Positions 1 through 9,357 of a DNA stretch of 20,000 bases are shown here, in pieces. Under the pieces are notes generated by a model, which worked only from the letters and a program-made list of their open reading frames with translations, made no database searches and was not told the DNA's origin. Both the position numbers and the translations under genes were made by a program. The stretch is from the sequence record DRR723986_9346. One strand, given 5' to 3'. Each line of letters starts with the position of its first letter. Within the stretch, counting starts at the first letter, position 1.

Positions 1-440
1 TGATTGTACAATACGGCATGAGTTTTACTATGTCTGCAGTTTTTGGCCTCACATTTATGGCAATATTCTCGACTAAAAAAGGATTCGGAGAGGCTATATC
101 TGAAGGGTTTGATTTTACATTTTTTAAATTTTGGCGTGTGGTATTGTTCGGCCTAGTCATTGGGATACTTAACCTTATGATTTCTGCTCTTATCGTTTCT
201 ATACCCAGCGTTATTATTGGTATATACGTTTACTTTTCAGTTGACAGCAATGTAGATATCGCCACAAGTACCTTTTCAACATTAGTATTTACCTTTGGTT
301 TTGCAGCATTTTTATTGTCATTTATTTATACGCAAGCACTCTCTCAATTAGCATACGGAATTTTATATTACAACCTTAATGAGGTGAAATACAATATTTT
401 TCTTCAAAAGAAAATCGATCAAATTGGCGTAAATGAGTAA
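1..440 (+). CDS. 5'-truncated multi-pass membrane protein of the MoxR/DUF58 operon
   Basis: Frame is open back to the window edge (ATT GTA CAA TAC GGC ATG at 3-20), so the ATG at 18 is probably internal. Several hydrophobic helices; stop overlaps the next start. Confidence 0.75.
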   Translation, partial: IVQYGMSFTMSAVFGLTFMAIFSTKKGFGEAISEGFDFTFFKFWRVVLFGLVIGILNLMISALIVSIPSVIIGIYVYFSVDSNVDIATSTFSTLVFTFGFAAFLLSFIYTQALSQLAYGILYYNLNEVKYNIFLQKKIDQIGVNE

Positions 441-1161
441 AGTGACTTATAAACATATAAGTGCACTTATTGCTGCATCATTTTACAACCTTATGATATG
501 GTCTCAAGATGCTGTTATTAGAAGAGATTCTTCTAATATTGATGTAACTTATTTTAAAGAAAATTTCAAGGACAACTATTCTGGTGATGATTTTAATTAT
601 TCTATAAACGATACTGGTGGTGTAAACCTTATGCAAAGAATTCTCAGAAAATTCTTCAATTGGATGAGCGACCTATTTGGATTTGATGTAGACTTCATAG
701 ATTATAAAACCTTAGAATATATTGTCTATGGATTACTGGGTCTTATTGTCTTGTATTTACTCATTAAGTTTTTACTAGAAAACCCAGTTAGTTCCGTCTT
801 TAAAACCGAAGACAAAGCTATTGAAGGATTTACCTATGTAGAAGAGAATATTGAGCAAGTAGATTTTGACAAGCTAATAAACTCATCATTAAAAGAAAAT
901 AATTACAGGCTAGCGACACGATACATGTATTTAAAATCCTTGAAAGTACTTGCCAATAAAAAAATGATAGAATGGCATTACGACAAGACAAATTCAGATT
1001 ATCTAAATGAAATCAAAGACAGTAAGCTAAAGGCCTTATTTAAACGAATCTCATATATCTACGATTATGTTTGGTATGGTGAATTTCCCATAGACGAGGC
1101 TAGTTTTAATAAAAATAAAGTTGATTTTAATCAACTCATAAAATCATCTAAGCATGGATAA
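433..1161 (+). CDS. DUF4129-like membrane-anchored protein
   Basis: N-terminal signal-like segment, one central TM helix, C-terminal 'YRLATRYMYL..L..L....IEW..DKTNSDY..EI....F......YDYVWYGEF' pattern typical of DUF4129; context next to DUF4350/MoxR. Confidence 0.75.
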   Translation: MSKVTYKHISALIAASFYNLMIWSQDAVIRRDSSNIDVTYFKENFKDNYSGDDFNYSINDTGGVNLMQRILRKFFNWMSDLFGFDVDFIDYKTLEYIVYGLLGLIVLYLLIKFLLENPVSSVFKTEDKAIEGFTYVEENIEQVDFDKLINSSLKENNYRLATRYMYLKSLKVLANKKMIEWHYDKTNSDYLNEIKDSKLKALFKRISYIYDYVWYGEFPIDEASFNKNKVDFNQLIKSSKHG

Positions 1162-2359
1162 GCGGTCTAAAATAGCACTGTATATAATTGGTGCTGTGAT
1201 TGTTTTTATGATGATCGCAGAAGTCACGAAACCAAAAGCTCTTAATTGGAGAGACTCATTCTCGGCTGCGGACAAAATACCTTTAGGTTGTTATGTTCTT
1301 TATAATGAACTTGAAACTTTTTCTGAAGGTGATATCCTTGTATCTGAACAATCGGTCTATGAATATTTAAAACAGATTGATACTGACGAACCAAAAACAT
1401 TGGTTTTTATTAATAATCGTATTTATTTTGATGATGAAGAGTCAAATGCACTTTTAGACTTTGTAGACAAAGGGAATTCTGTGTTTATAAGTAGTACTTA
1501 TTTTTATGGAAATGCCTTAGATACGCTCAATGTAAATATGGAGCGACAATATACAAATTTGTTTAGAAAAGAGGCCGAAAATAAATTTACCAGCCCAAGT
1601 CTTAAGTCCAATGACCGCATTTTTGAGGATGTGATTGAGAATAGTCATTTTATATCAATTGACACCTTAAACACTACTTTACTTGGTACAATCACTACTA
1701 CAACAGAAGACGACATTGAGGTTACTCATCCTAATTTTATAAAGGTCAATTTTGGTGAAAATAATGGACAGTTTATAATACATTCTAACCCGTTTGCATT
1801 TACAAACTACCACCTTCTAGACGACAAAGAAGATTATGCGGCTGCGGTATTGTCTTATTTACCAAAGCAACAAATCATTTGGGATAATAATTACAAATCT
1901 GGCAGAAAAGTAATTACAAGTCCATTACGCTATATTTTGCAAAACACTGCTTTAAAATGGGCCTTTTACATTAGTATGTTTAGTTTAATTTTATTTGTAA
2001 TATTTAGAGGAAAACGTACACAACGCATTATACCAGTCATTGATAAATTAGAAAACGCAACTGTAGATTTTACAAGAACTATTGGCGAACTTTATTACCA
2101 ACATGGCGATTATACAAATATCATTGAAAAGAAAATTCAATACTTTTTAGAATTTATTAGAACTCATTATTACCTAGACACTAATCAATTAAGTCCTGGT
2201 TTTATTGAAAAATTAGCCATAAAATCTACAAATACTAAAGAAGACACAAAAGCTATAGTAGATTACATTGTCTTTTTAAAATCAAAAACAAATCATACCG
2301 AAAAAGAACTCATAGAATTAAATAAAAAAATAGAACATTTTACAAAACATAAGTTATAA
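1154..2359 (+). CDS. DUF4350 domain-containing membrane protein
   Basis: N-terminal TM, 'DKIPLGCYVLY', 'LLDFVDKGNSVFIS', 'PFAFTNYHLL', second TM then 'KRTQRIIP...FTRTIGELYY'; overlaps both neighbours. Confidence 0.75.
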   Translation: MDKRSKIALYIIGAVIVFMMIAEVTKPKALNWRDSFSAADKIPLGCYVLYNELETFSEGDILVSEQSVYEYLKQIDTDEPKTLVFINNRIYFDDEESNALLDFVDKGNSVFISSTYFYGNALDTLNVNMERQYTNLFRKEAENKFTSPSLKSNDRIFEDVIENSHFISIDTLNTTLLGTITTTTEDDIEVTHPNFIKVNFGENNGQFIIHSNPFAFTNYHLLDDKEDYAAAVLSYLPKQQIIWDNNYKSGRKVITSPLRYILQNTALKWAFYISMFSLILFVIFRGKRTQRIIPVIDKLENATVDFTRTIGELYYQHGDYTNIIEKKIQYFLEFIRTHYYLDTNQLSPGFIEKLAIKSTNTKEDTKAIVDYIVFLKSKTNHTEKELIELNKKIEHFTKHKL

Positions 2360-3420
2360 TGGAAGATCAAAATATACCATCATCAGACAATTTAGATGAA
2401 ACAAAACCTATTGAAGAGCAGAATACTGCAGAAGCTTCAGAAAATGTTACTGAAGACTTTCAAAACAGAATTGATCTAAAACCACTTCAGGATAGTGTTG
2501 AACAAATAAAGCAAGAAATTGCGAAGTTTATAGTTGGGCAAAATGAAATGATTGAATTACTAATTATTTCAATTCTGACTAATGGTCATTCCCTAATAGA
2601 AGGTGTTCCTGGTGTTGCAAAAACTGTAACAGCTAAATTATTGGCTAAAACTATGGATGTAGATTTTAGCCGTATTCAATTTACACCAGATTTAATGCCT
2701 AGTGATATTTTGGGTACATCTATTTTTAATGTCAAGACTAATGAGTTTGAATATAAAAAAGGTCCTGTATTTTCAAATATTGTACTCATTGATGAAATAA
2801 ACAGAGCACCAGCCAAAACTCAAGCCGCTTTATTTGAAGTAATGGCAGAACGCCAAATTACGATGGATGGTGACCGTTATGATATGGAATTGCCATTCTT
2901 AGTTTTTGCAACGCAAAACCCTATAGAACAAGAAGGTACTTATCGTTTACCAGAAGCACAGTTAGACCGTTTCTTATTTAAAATTGAAGTTGACTATCCT
3001 TCACTAGAAGATGAAGTTCAAATATTAGTTGATAATCATAACAGACAGGATAATATGGACTTTGATACAATTACACCTGTACTCTCTGCAGAAGCCATTA
3101 AGAATTACCAAGGTTTAATTAAACAAATCATAGTTGAAGATCACTTATTAAATTATATAGCCAACATTGTACATAATACACGTACAAATGCCAATTTATA
3201 TTTAGGAGCATCACCAAGGGCATCAATCGCTATCTTAAATGCTGCAAAAGCAAATGCTGCAATAAATGGTAGAGATTTTGTAACACCAGAGGATATTAAA
3301 CGCTGTACTAAGGCAGTTTTAAAGCATCGTCTGGTATTAACACCAGAACGAGAAATGGAAGCATTTACAGTAGATAAGGTTGTAGATCAAATTCTTGAAA
3401 CCATTGAGATACCTAGATAG
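2359..3420 (+). CDS. MoxR-family AAA+ ATPase
   Basis: Walker A GVPGVAKT, RIQFTPDLMPSDILG, Walker B VLIDEINRA, ATQNPIEQEGTYRLPEAQLDRF, GASPRA; TAATG stop/start coupling. Confidence 0.95.
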   Translation: MEDQNIPSSDNLDETKPIEEQNTAEASENVTEDFQNRIDLKPLQDSVEQIKQEIAKFIVGQNEMIELLIISILTNGHSLIEGVPGVAKTVTAKLLAKTMDVDFSRIQFTPDLMPSDILGTSIFNVKTNEFEYKKGPVFSNIVLIDEINRAPAKTQAALFEVMAERQITMDGDRYDMELPFLVFATQNPIEQEGTYRLPEAQLDRFLFKIEVDYPSLEDEVQILVDNHNRQDNMDFDTITPVLSAEAIKNYQGLIKQIIVEDHLLNYIANIVHNTRTNANLYLGASPRASIAILNAAKANAAINGRDFVTPEDIKRCTKAVLKHRLVLTPEREMEAFTVDKVVDQILETIEIPR

Positions 3421-4751
3421 TGAAACGTTTTTTTAAACATACCTATTTAACCTTTCGATTTTTTATCGTGGCCATGGTATTTGCAGCACTATTTATAGTG
3501 GCCTACATGTATCCAGGTCTTTTAGGTATTGTTACAATTTTATTTTTTGTAGCAATAGGACTTGTATTGGTAGACCTTATTCTATTATATAAACAAAAAG
3601 GAATTTCTGCAAATCGTCAATTACCAGAAAAATTGAGTAATGGAGATGATAACCCTATTCATCTAAGTATTACAAACAGCTATAATTTTAAAACAGATTT
3701 GGTACTTATTGATGAACTTCCGTTTCAATACCAAAAGCGCGATTTTGAAATTAACACACAACTAAATCAGCACGAGGAAAAAAAAATAACCTATACTTTA
3801 AGACCATTGGAACGCGGAGAGTACTACTTTGGAAATTTAAATATCTATGTAAACTCACCTATTGGTTTAGTAACAAGACGTTTTCAGTTTGCCAAAGATG
3901 CAATGGTACCTAATTATCCATCGTTTTTACAATTACGTAAATACATGCTTTTAGCCTTTTCAAATAAATTATTTGAATATGGTTTAAAGAAAATTAGACG
4001 AATTGGTCATACCATGGAGTTTGAACAAATTAAAGATTATGTCACTGGTGATGATATCAGAAATATAAACTGGAAAGCTACTGCAAAGCGCAATCAGCTC
4101 ATGGTTAATCAGTTTCAAGATGAACGCTCTCAACCTATTTATAGTGTTATAGATAAAGGTAGAGCAATGAAAATACCGTTTGAAGGCCTAAGCCTGCTCG
4201 ACTATGCGATAAACGCAACGTTAGTTATTAGTAATGTAGCCTTAAAAAAACAAGATAAGGCTGGGATGTTTACTTTTTCAAGAAAAATAGAAAATAAAGT
4301 TATCGCGGAACGCAGACCTTCTCAAATGAATAAAATTCTTGAGACGCTTTACAATGTAAGTACAGACTTTTCAGAATCAGATTTCTCCCGCCTGTACATA
4401 GATGTTAAACGAAATTTAACGCAGCGTAGTTTACTTCTACTTTACACCAATTTTGAAACCTTAGATGCACTACATAGACAATTGCCCTACATACAAGCCA
4501 TTGCAAAAAACCACCTGTTAGTTGTTATCTTTTTTGAAAACACAGAGTTACACAAACTTACAAATGTTGAAGCTTCTAACACTTTTGAGATTTTTCAGAA
4601 AACAATAGCAGAAAAATTTATGTATGAGAAAAAACTCATTGTTAATGAGCTTCAAAAACATGGTATACAGTCTATCTTAACGGCACCAGAGCATCTCACT
4701 ATTAATACAATTAACAAATACCTAGAGATTAAAGCAAGAGGACTTATCTAA
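3420..4751 (+). CDS. DUF58 (VWA-related) MoxR partner protein
   Basis: Two N-terminal TMs, 'EFEQIKDYVTGDDIRNINWKATAK...VNQFQDER', 'DKGRAM'; GTG start coupled to the moxR stop (TAGTG). Confidence 0.9.
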   Translation: MKRFFKHTYLTFRFFIVAMVFAALFIVAYMYPGLLGIVTILFFVAIGLVLVDLILLYKQKGISANRQLPEKLSNGDDNPIHLSITNSYNFKTDLVLIDELPFQYQKRDFEINTQLNQHEEKKITYTLRPLERGEYYFGNLNIYVNSPIGLVTRRFQFAKDAMVPNYPSFLQLRKYMLLAFSNKLFEYGLKKIRRIGHTMEFEQIKDYVTGDDIRNINWKATAKRNQLMVNQFQDERSQPIYSVIDKGRAMKIPFEGLSLLDYAINATLVISNVALKKQDKAGMFTFSRKIENKVIAERRPSQMNKILETLYNVSTDFSESDFSRLYIDVKRNLTQRSLLLLYTNFETLDALHRQLPYIQAIAKNHLLVVIFFENTELHKLTNVEASNTFEIFQKTIAEKFMYEKKLIVNELQKHGIQSILTAPEHLTINTINKYLEIKARGLI

Positions 4752-4781
4752 TAGAAAATTACTTATTTTTAAGTATTAATT

Positions 4782-4852
4782 ACAACTCATCCTAAAAAAA
4801 TAACAATTGGGTAATTCCAATTATAATAACTAATAGGTTTGTTAGATATTTG
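4782..4852 (+). promoter_or_regulatory. Candidate LytTR-type direct repeats plus degenerate Bacteroidota -7 element
   Basis: ACAACTCAT (4782) and ACAATTGGG (4803) are 21 bp apart; GATATTTG at 4845-4852. Confidence 0.35.
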
Positions 4853-4891
4853 ACTTATCAATCAATTACAAACCATTAACACATTAACAAG

Positions 4892-5356
4892 ATGAAATCA
4901 AAGATTCACGAAAATAAAAGAAACAATTTAATAACTGTGAGTAAAAATTTATTTTTAACATTAGCTCTAGTATTAACTTCTGCATTTAGCTTCGGACAAG
5001 ACGAAGGAATTACAATTTCAGTAACAATTGATAATGTAAAAAACGATAATGGAAAAGTTATTTTATCATTACATACCTCTGAAACCTTTATGAAAGGTGG
5101 TGGAATATTAAATGTAGAATCAGAAATTAAGGATGGAAAAATTGAGGTAACATTTGAAAATGTTTTACCTGGAGAATATGCAATCATGGCATTACACGAT
5201 GAAAACGGAAATGAAAGAATGGACTTTAGAGAAAATGGATTGCCATTAGAATCTTACGGTATGTCTAATAATGAAATGTCTTTTGGCCCACCACAATTTG
5301 ACGATGCCAAATTTAAAGTTGAAACAGAAGACTTAAAAATGAACATACGCTTCTAA
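4892..5356 (+). CDS. DUF2141 domain-containing exported protein
   Basis: Signal peptide ending 'AFSFGQ'; 'PGEYAIMALHDENGN..MDF...GLPLESYGMSNN....GPPQFDDAKF' signature. An alternative GTG start at 4937 is possible. Confidence 0.88.
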   Translation: MKSKIHENKRNNLITVSKNLFLTLALVLTSAFSFGQDEGITISVTIDNVKNDNGKVILSLHTSETFMKGGGILNVESEIKDGKIEVTFENVLPGEYAIMALHDENGNERMDFRENGLPLESYGMSNNEMSFGPPQFDDAKFKVETEDLKMNIRF

Positions 5357-5390
5357 CAAATCATCATCAATCAAAAGATTAATCATAGCG

Positions 5391-5426
5391 ACCAGAAATT
5401 CAAATTAGAGTTTCTGGTTTTTGTTT
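5391..5426 (+). terminator. Rho-independent terminator
   Basis: ACCAGAAATTC-aaatta-GAGTTTCTGGT followed by a T-rich tail, between convergent genes. Confidence 0.75.
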
Positions 5427-5433
5427 AATTGTA

Positions 5434-7734
5434 CTACCAATACACTCTAAACAATATATTGGGAGTTATACCTATTGAATACTTTTCTATAAGTTCTATT
5501 GGATCGTTTAAACTATTATTACCTCTATACTCCCTACTAATTAGATTTTCTCTATTGTAAATATTACGTATAGACAAACCCACCTTACCACGAAGATTAC
5601 TAGTACTGTTAAATTTAAAGTCATAAGTAGACGAAAAATCTAATCGATGATATACTGGTAATTCTCCAGTATTTATACCATCATTAAAAGCTAAGCCATT
5701 ACCACCTTCTTCTGCAACAGTGAAAGGTTTATCTGTTTGCCATCTCCAGCCAAGTGATAACTGAAGTCCTTTGTGCTTATAGCTTAATGCCGTAGATACC
5801 GCATGAGTTACATTAGATTTGGATCTAAAATCTTTATTATCATTTAATCCATTAAACGTACTTTTTGAATTGTTATAAGAATAACTCAGCCATGAATTAA
5901 ATCGATTTAATCGTTTTTTTAAAAACACATCAACACCAAATACACTTTGTTCACCTATATTAAAACTACTATTATCAGGGTTTAAAAATCCAAGAGACAA
6001 GGCTGTTATATTCTTTAATTGCTTGTAATAACTATCCACATCAGCACTAAAACCATTAAAAGAATATATAAACCCTGCTGATACTTGTTGGCCATTCATT
6101 ATTGGGAAATTATTTCCATCTGCAAGTCTCCAAACTCTATTTTCTAATGACAAATCACTTAATAGTGTCTCATCAATTTCACTAATAACCTGATTTTTTA
6201 TTTCACCACTTAATTGCAACTTTAACTGCGGAATAATGGACTTTTGTAATAAAAGCCTTGGCTCTAATCGTACAGCATCTAATTCTTTAAAATAAGTAGC
6301 GCGAATACCCAAATCAACATCAAATAGTTTAGAATTTGAGTAATTATAATTACCGTAAACACTATGGGTTTGTATGATACGTTGTTCTGTATCTAAAACT
6401 AATTCTAATTCTGAAGAACGAATAAAGGCATAAGAAATATCTTTTAATGAATACTGATAACCAAAATTGTAAGTATTCTTATTTGCAGTGGTTAATATTA
6501 ATTCTGTAGAAATCCCTGAATCAAATATGGCGTTTCGTTTTTCAAATTCAGAAATAACTTCTCCATCTTCTTCTGTAATAAAACTATAATCCAAACTATA
6601 ATCAGAAAAATAGAGCCTTGTCTCTTGTCTTAAATTTTGGTTCCAGATAAAATCCCATCCAGCACCATATCCAATATTTTTAGTAGTTAATTTATCTGTT
6701 AGAGTTTCATCCGTTTCATCGTCATAAACATCATAGTCTAATTGATTGTCAATAGAAATAATACTTGCAAATAACTTATTTCGTGAATTTAGTTTATAAT
6801 TTACTTTTACATTGTAATCAAGAAAAGAGAATTCATTAGTACTATTATTTGAATTATTAATCTTTGTACTTTCAAATACCTTATCTGCAAACTGTGTAAA
6901 TGCTATGGTTTCAATGGCATCAACATAACTTCGTCTTGCTGAGGCTTGCAAACTCAATTTGTCCTTTAGTATAGGTATTGACAAAACAGCATCCGCATTT
7001 ATACCATTTACGCCAATCTGAGCTTTTAGTTTATTTTCTATTTCAGAATTAGAGACAATATCAATGACACTAGACAAACGCTCACCGTATTTGGCATTTG
7101 TACCTTTGTTAATAAATGAAATTGATGATGCTACATTTGGATTAATAGGTGAAATCATACCAAACAAATGCCCTTTATGGTACAAATTAATACCATCCCA
7201 AATTAATCTATTTTGATCTGAAGCTCCTCCTCTTACAAAAAATCCTGTGGCAGTTTCATTAGGACTCAACACACCTGGCAATAATTGAATACTTTCTAAA
7301 ACATCTGGTTCAGTTAAGCCGGGTAGAATACCTAATTTAGAAGGATATAACTTAAACGATCCATCTTTGTTCTTAACGATACCTTTAGTGAGATAACTAT
7401 TCAATACAATTTTTTCTAAGGATTGAATATTGGTAGTCTCTTCTATATTTTCTTTGATAATAACATATCTATTGGCAACAATAGAATAGTTTAATTTAAT
7501 CCGCTCACTAATTTCATCTAAAAGCTCAGTTAATGTTCTATCCTTTCCCTGCAATGTAATCCGCTTTGTTGAAATGAAATCATCATTATAAGAAAACAAA
7601 ACACCATATGTTGATTCAACTTTTTCAAAGGCATCAGCCAGAGTTTCATCATTAAACTTAATGTAAAAAGCCTCTTCTTGAGAAAAGGCTAGAAATGGGA
7701 GTAACATTAAAACAAAGACACAGATTAACCTCAT
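5434..7734 (-). CDS. TonB-dependent receptor/transducer with N-terminal signalling (STN-like) domain
   Basis: Signal peptide; 'TLADAFEKVESTYGVLFSY...TLTELLDEI.....NYSIVANRYVII' STN-like domain; plug 'DVLESIQLLPGV...FFVRGGASDQNRLIWDGI'; 'AKYGERLSSVIDI'; C-terminal 'RLDFS..Y...NIYNREN' and terminal aromatic W. Confidence 0.9.
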   Translation of the reverse strand: MRLICVFVLMLLPFLAFSQEEAFYIKFNDETLADAFEKVESTYGVLFSYNDDFISTKRITLQGKDRTLTELLDEISERIKLNYSIVANRYVIIKENIEETTNIQSLEKIVLNSYLTKGIVKNKDGSFKLYPSKLGILPGLTEPDVLESIQLLPGVLSPNETATGFFVRGGASDQNRLIWDGINLYHKGHLFGMISPINPNVASSISFINKGTNAKYGERLSSVIDIVSNSEIENKLKAQIGVNGINADAVLSIPILKDKLSLQASARRSYVDAIETIAFTQFADKVFESTKINNSNNSTNEFSFLDYNVKVNYKLNSRNKLFASIISIDNQLDYDVYDDETDETLTDKLTTKNIGYGAGWDFIWNQNLRQETRLYFSDYSLDYSFITEEDGEVISEFEKRNAIFDSGISTELILTTANKNTYNFGYQYSLKDISYAFIRSSELELVLDTEQRIIQTHSVYGNYNYSNSKLFDVDLGIRATYFKELDAVRLEPRLLLQKSIIPQLKLQLSGEIKNQVISEIDETLLSDLSLENRVWRLADGNNFPIMNGQQVSAGFIYSFNGFSADVDSYYKQLKNITALSLGFLNPDNSSFNIGEQSVFGVDVFLKKRLNRFNSWLSYSYNNSKSTFNGLNDNKDFRSKSNVTHAVSTALSYKHKGLQLSLGWRWQTDKPFTVAEEGGNGLAFNDGINTGELPVYHRLDFSSTYDFKFNSTSNLRGKVGLSIRNIYNRENLISREYRGNNSLNDPIELIEKYSIGITPNILFRVYW

Positions 7735-7736
7735 CC

Positions 7737-8657
7737 TTAATATCTAAGTTTAATGTTACGATTTTCTTTTTCAATATATTTTATAGATAAGGCATCAAAG
7801 ACAGTGGTTAGCGCCATATTGAGGTTTCCATGAGGAAAACCTCCTGAAAAAACGACCTCTTCATCAATCTCTTTAGTCTCAAAAACAACATCATATTGAT
7901 GCTCTAATGCTGTAATAACATATTTTAACGGAACACTTTTAAAGGTACTTTCACCATCTACCCAAGTTGGCTTAAATTCCTTAGATGTACTAGATTCTGA
8001 TTTATATCCATTAATTTTTCTAACAGATTGCGTTGGCAACAAAATGTGTTCTGAATCTGCTGTTTTAACCGACACCTTGCCCTCGTAACAAATTACTTTA
8101 AAAAAGTCATCGGTAGAATTTACATTGAATTGTGTACCCAAAACAGTAACTGACCCGTTAGCCGTGTTAACGGTAAACGTTTCACCTTTAGCAACCTTAA
8201 AATAAGCTTCTCCTCTTAGTTCTAATGTTCTATTTTCACGCCATTGTTTAGATGTATAGGCTATGGTAGATTTGGAGTTTAATGTTACTTCAGAGCCATC
8301 TTTTAAAATATGAACAGTCGCCATTCCATAGCCTGACTCAACATGCATTTCGTCATTATCTAAAAACATAAATAGACCAAATAAGGCAACTATCGATGCC
8401 GCAACACCAATTAACCAATTGGTATTTAATGACCTTACCTTAGGGTGTTTCTTATTAATTCTTTGATTTATTTTCTCAAAACTTTCACCAATAGGCCCAT
8501 TAAGTTTCTCATTAATTTCTAATCCCTTTCTCAATTTTAGATAGGCATTAAAATCCTCTTGGCTAACTAATGTTTTAAGCTGTGCGTCACTGAGTTCACC
8601 AGCAAGCCATTGTGCCAAATATGTATCTGAATTGATATGTGATTCTTGATTTTTCAT
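7737..8657 (-). CDS. FecR-family anti-sigma factor
   Basis: N-terminal 'LAQWLAGELS', TM 'VAASIVALFGLF', FecR domain 'LKDGSEVTLNSKS...RTLELRGEAYFKV...VTVLGTQFNV...CYEGKVSV', C-terminal 'F..VPLKYVI..LE.QY.V'. Confidence 0.93.
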   Translation of the reverse strand: MKNQESHINSDTYLAQWLAGELSDAQLKTLVSQEDFNAYLKLRKGLEINEKLNGPIGESFEKINQRINKKHPKVRSLNTNWLIGVAASIVALFGLFMFLDNDEMHVESGYGMATVHILKDGSEVTLNSKSTIAYTSKQWRENRTLELRGEAYFKVAKGETFTVNTANGSVTVLGTQFNVNSTDDFFKVICYEGKVSVKTADSEHILLPTQSVRKINGYKSESSTSKEFKPTWVDGESTFKSVPLKYVITALEHQYDVVFETKEIDEEVVFSGGFPHGNLNMALTTVFDALSIKYIEKENRNIKLRY

Positions 8658-8670
8658 CCTATTCTATAAT

Positions 8671-8701
8671 TAAGACAACTCATTTAAAAAAAACCCTACT
8701 T
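8671..8701 (-). repeat. Left copy of 31-bp inverted repeat / putative ECF promoter of fecR-TBDR
   Basis: Minus strand reads AAGTAGGGTTTTTTTTAAATGAGTTGTCTTA; 30/31 identical to 9279-9309 (+). Confidence 0.85.
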
Positions 8702-8713
8702 ATTTTATAATAT

Positions 8714-9226
8714 TTAAACATTTCCTATGTGCTGGCGCATCGTAACCAATGCCTGGTGCATGCGCTTCTCTACTGCTTTTACGGAAATATTTAGTTGTTC
8801 AGCAATTTCTTTATACTTTTTCTTTTCTATACGGTTAAGTAAAAAAACTTCGCGTTGTTTTTCAGGAAGCATGGCAATTGTATTCTCTAATTTTTCTAGA
8901 AACTCCTTTTCTAACAAAATAAATTCTGGAGATTCATTAGTCGCCTCCTTTTTATGCAACTGGTTATAATTTTGTACAACTTTATTATGCTTCACCTCAT
9001 TCAAGAACATATTATTTGCAATACTATAGAGGTAACTTTTCACCTTGTTATAATTTACGTTTTTGCAATTATCCCAAAGTTTTACAAACACATCTTGCAT
9101 TATATCCTCCGCCGCATTAGTATCTTGAGTTTTAAAAAATAAAAATCTTCTAATATCTTTAGCATACGTTTTAAAAATAAACTCGAAGGTTTTTGACTCA
9201 CAGATATTACGATTATTTTCAGACAT
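8714..9226 (-). CDS. ECF RNA polymerase sigma-70 factor
   Basis: Region 2 'AEDIMQDVFVKLW...KSYLYSIANNMFLN', region 4 'LPEKQREVFLLNR....KYKEIAEQLNISVKAVEKRMHQAL'; adjacent fecR. Confidence 0.95.
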   Translation of the reverse strand: MSENNRNICESKTFEFIFKTYAKDIRRFLFFKTQDTNAAEDIMQDVFVKLWDNCKNVNYNKVKSYLYSIANNMFLNEVKHNKVVQNYNQLHKKEATNESPEFILLEKEFLEKLENTIAMLPEKQREVFLLNRIEKKKYKEIAEQLNISVKAVEKRMHQALVTMRQHIGNV

Positions 9227-9248
9227 TAAAAGATTTTGTTTATTGCAT

Positions 9249-9256
9249 CAAAACTA
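9249..9256 (-). promoter_or_regulatory. Bacteroidota housekeeping-sigma -7 element for the ECF sigma gene
   Basis: TAGTTTTG on the minus strand matches TAnnTTTG, about 22 bp upstream of the ATG at 9226. Confidence 0.6.
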
Positions 9257-9278
9257 TAAAAAAAATAATTTGAGAAAA

Positions 9279-9309
9279 AAGTAGGGGTTTTTTTAAATGA
9301 GTTGTCTTA
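9279..9309 (+). repeat. Right copy of 31-bp inverted repeat / putative ECF promoter of the acidic lipoprotein
   Basis: AAGTAGGGGTTTTTTTAAATGAGTTGTCTTA, ending 48 bp before the ATG at 9358. Confidence 0.85.
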
Positions 9310-9357
9310 GTATTGATTAACCTCAATAAAACAAGTTTAAACCAAACAAATTAAACA

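Noticed and set aside
1-4751. MoxR/DUF58/DUF4350/DUF4129 operon as a novel system
   Set aside because: It is a widespread, already recognised gene cluster with nothing atypical here.
8727-9142. Two plus-strand ORFs (80 and 62 aa) opposite the sigma gene
   Set aside because: They lie entirely antisense to a well-supported gene and have no recognisable motifs.
8671-9309. Inverted repeats as IS/MITE terminal repeats
   Set aside because: The interior encodes a sigma factor, not a transposase, and no target-site duplication is evident.
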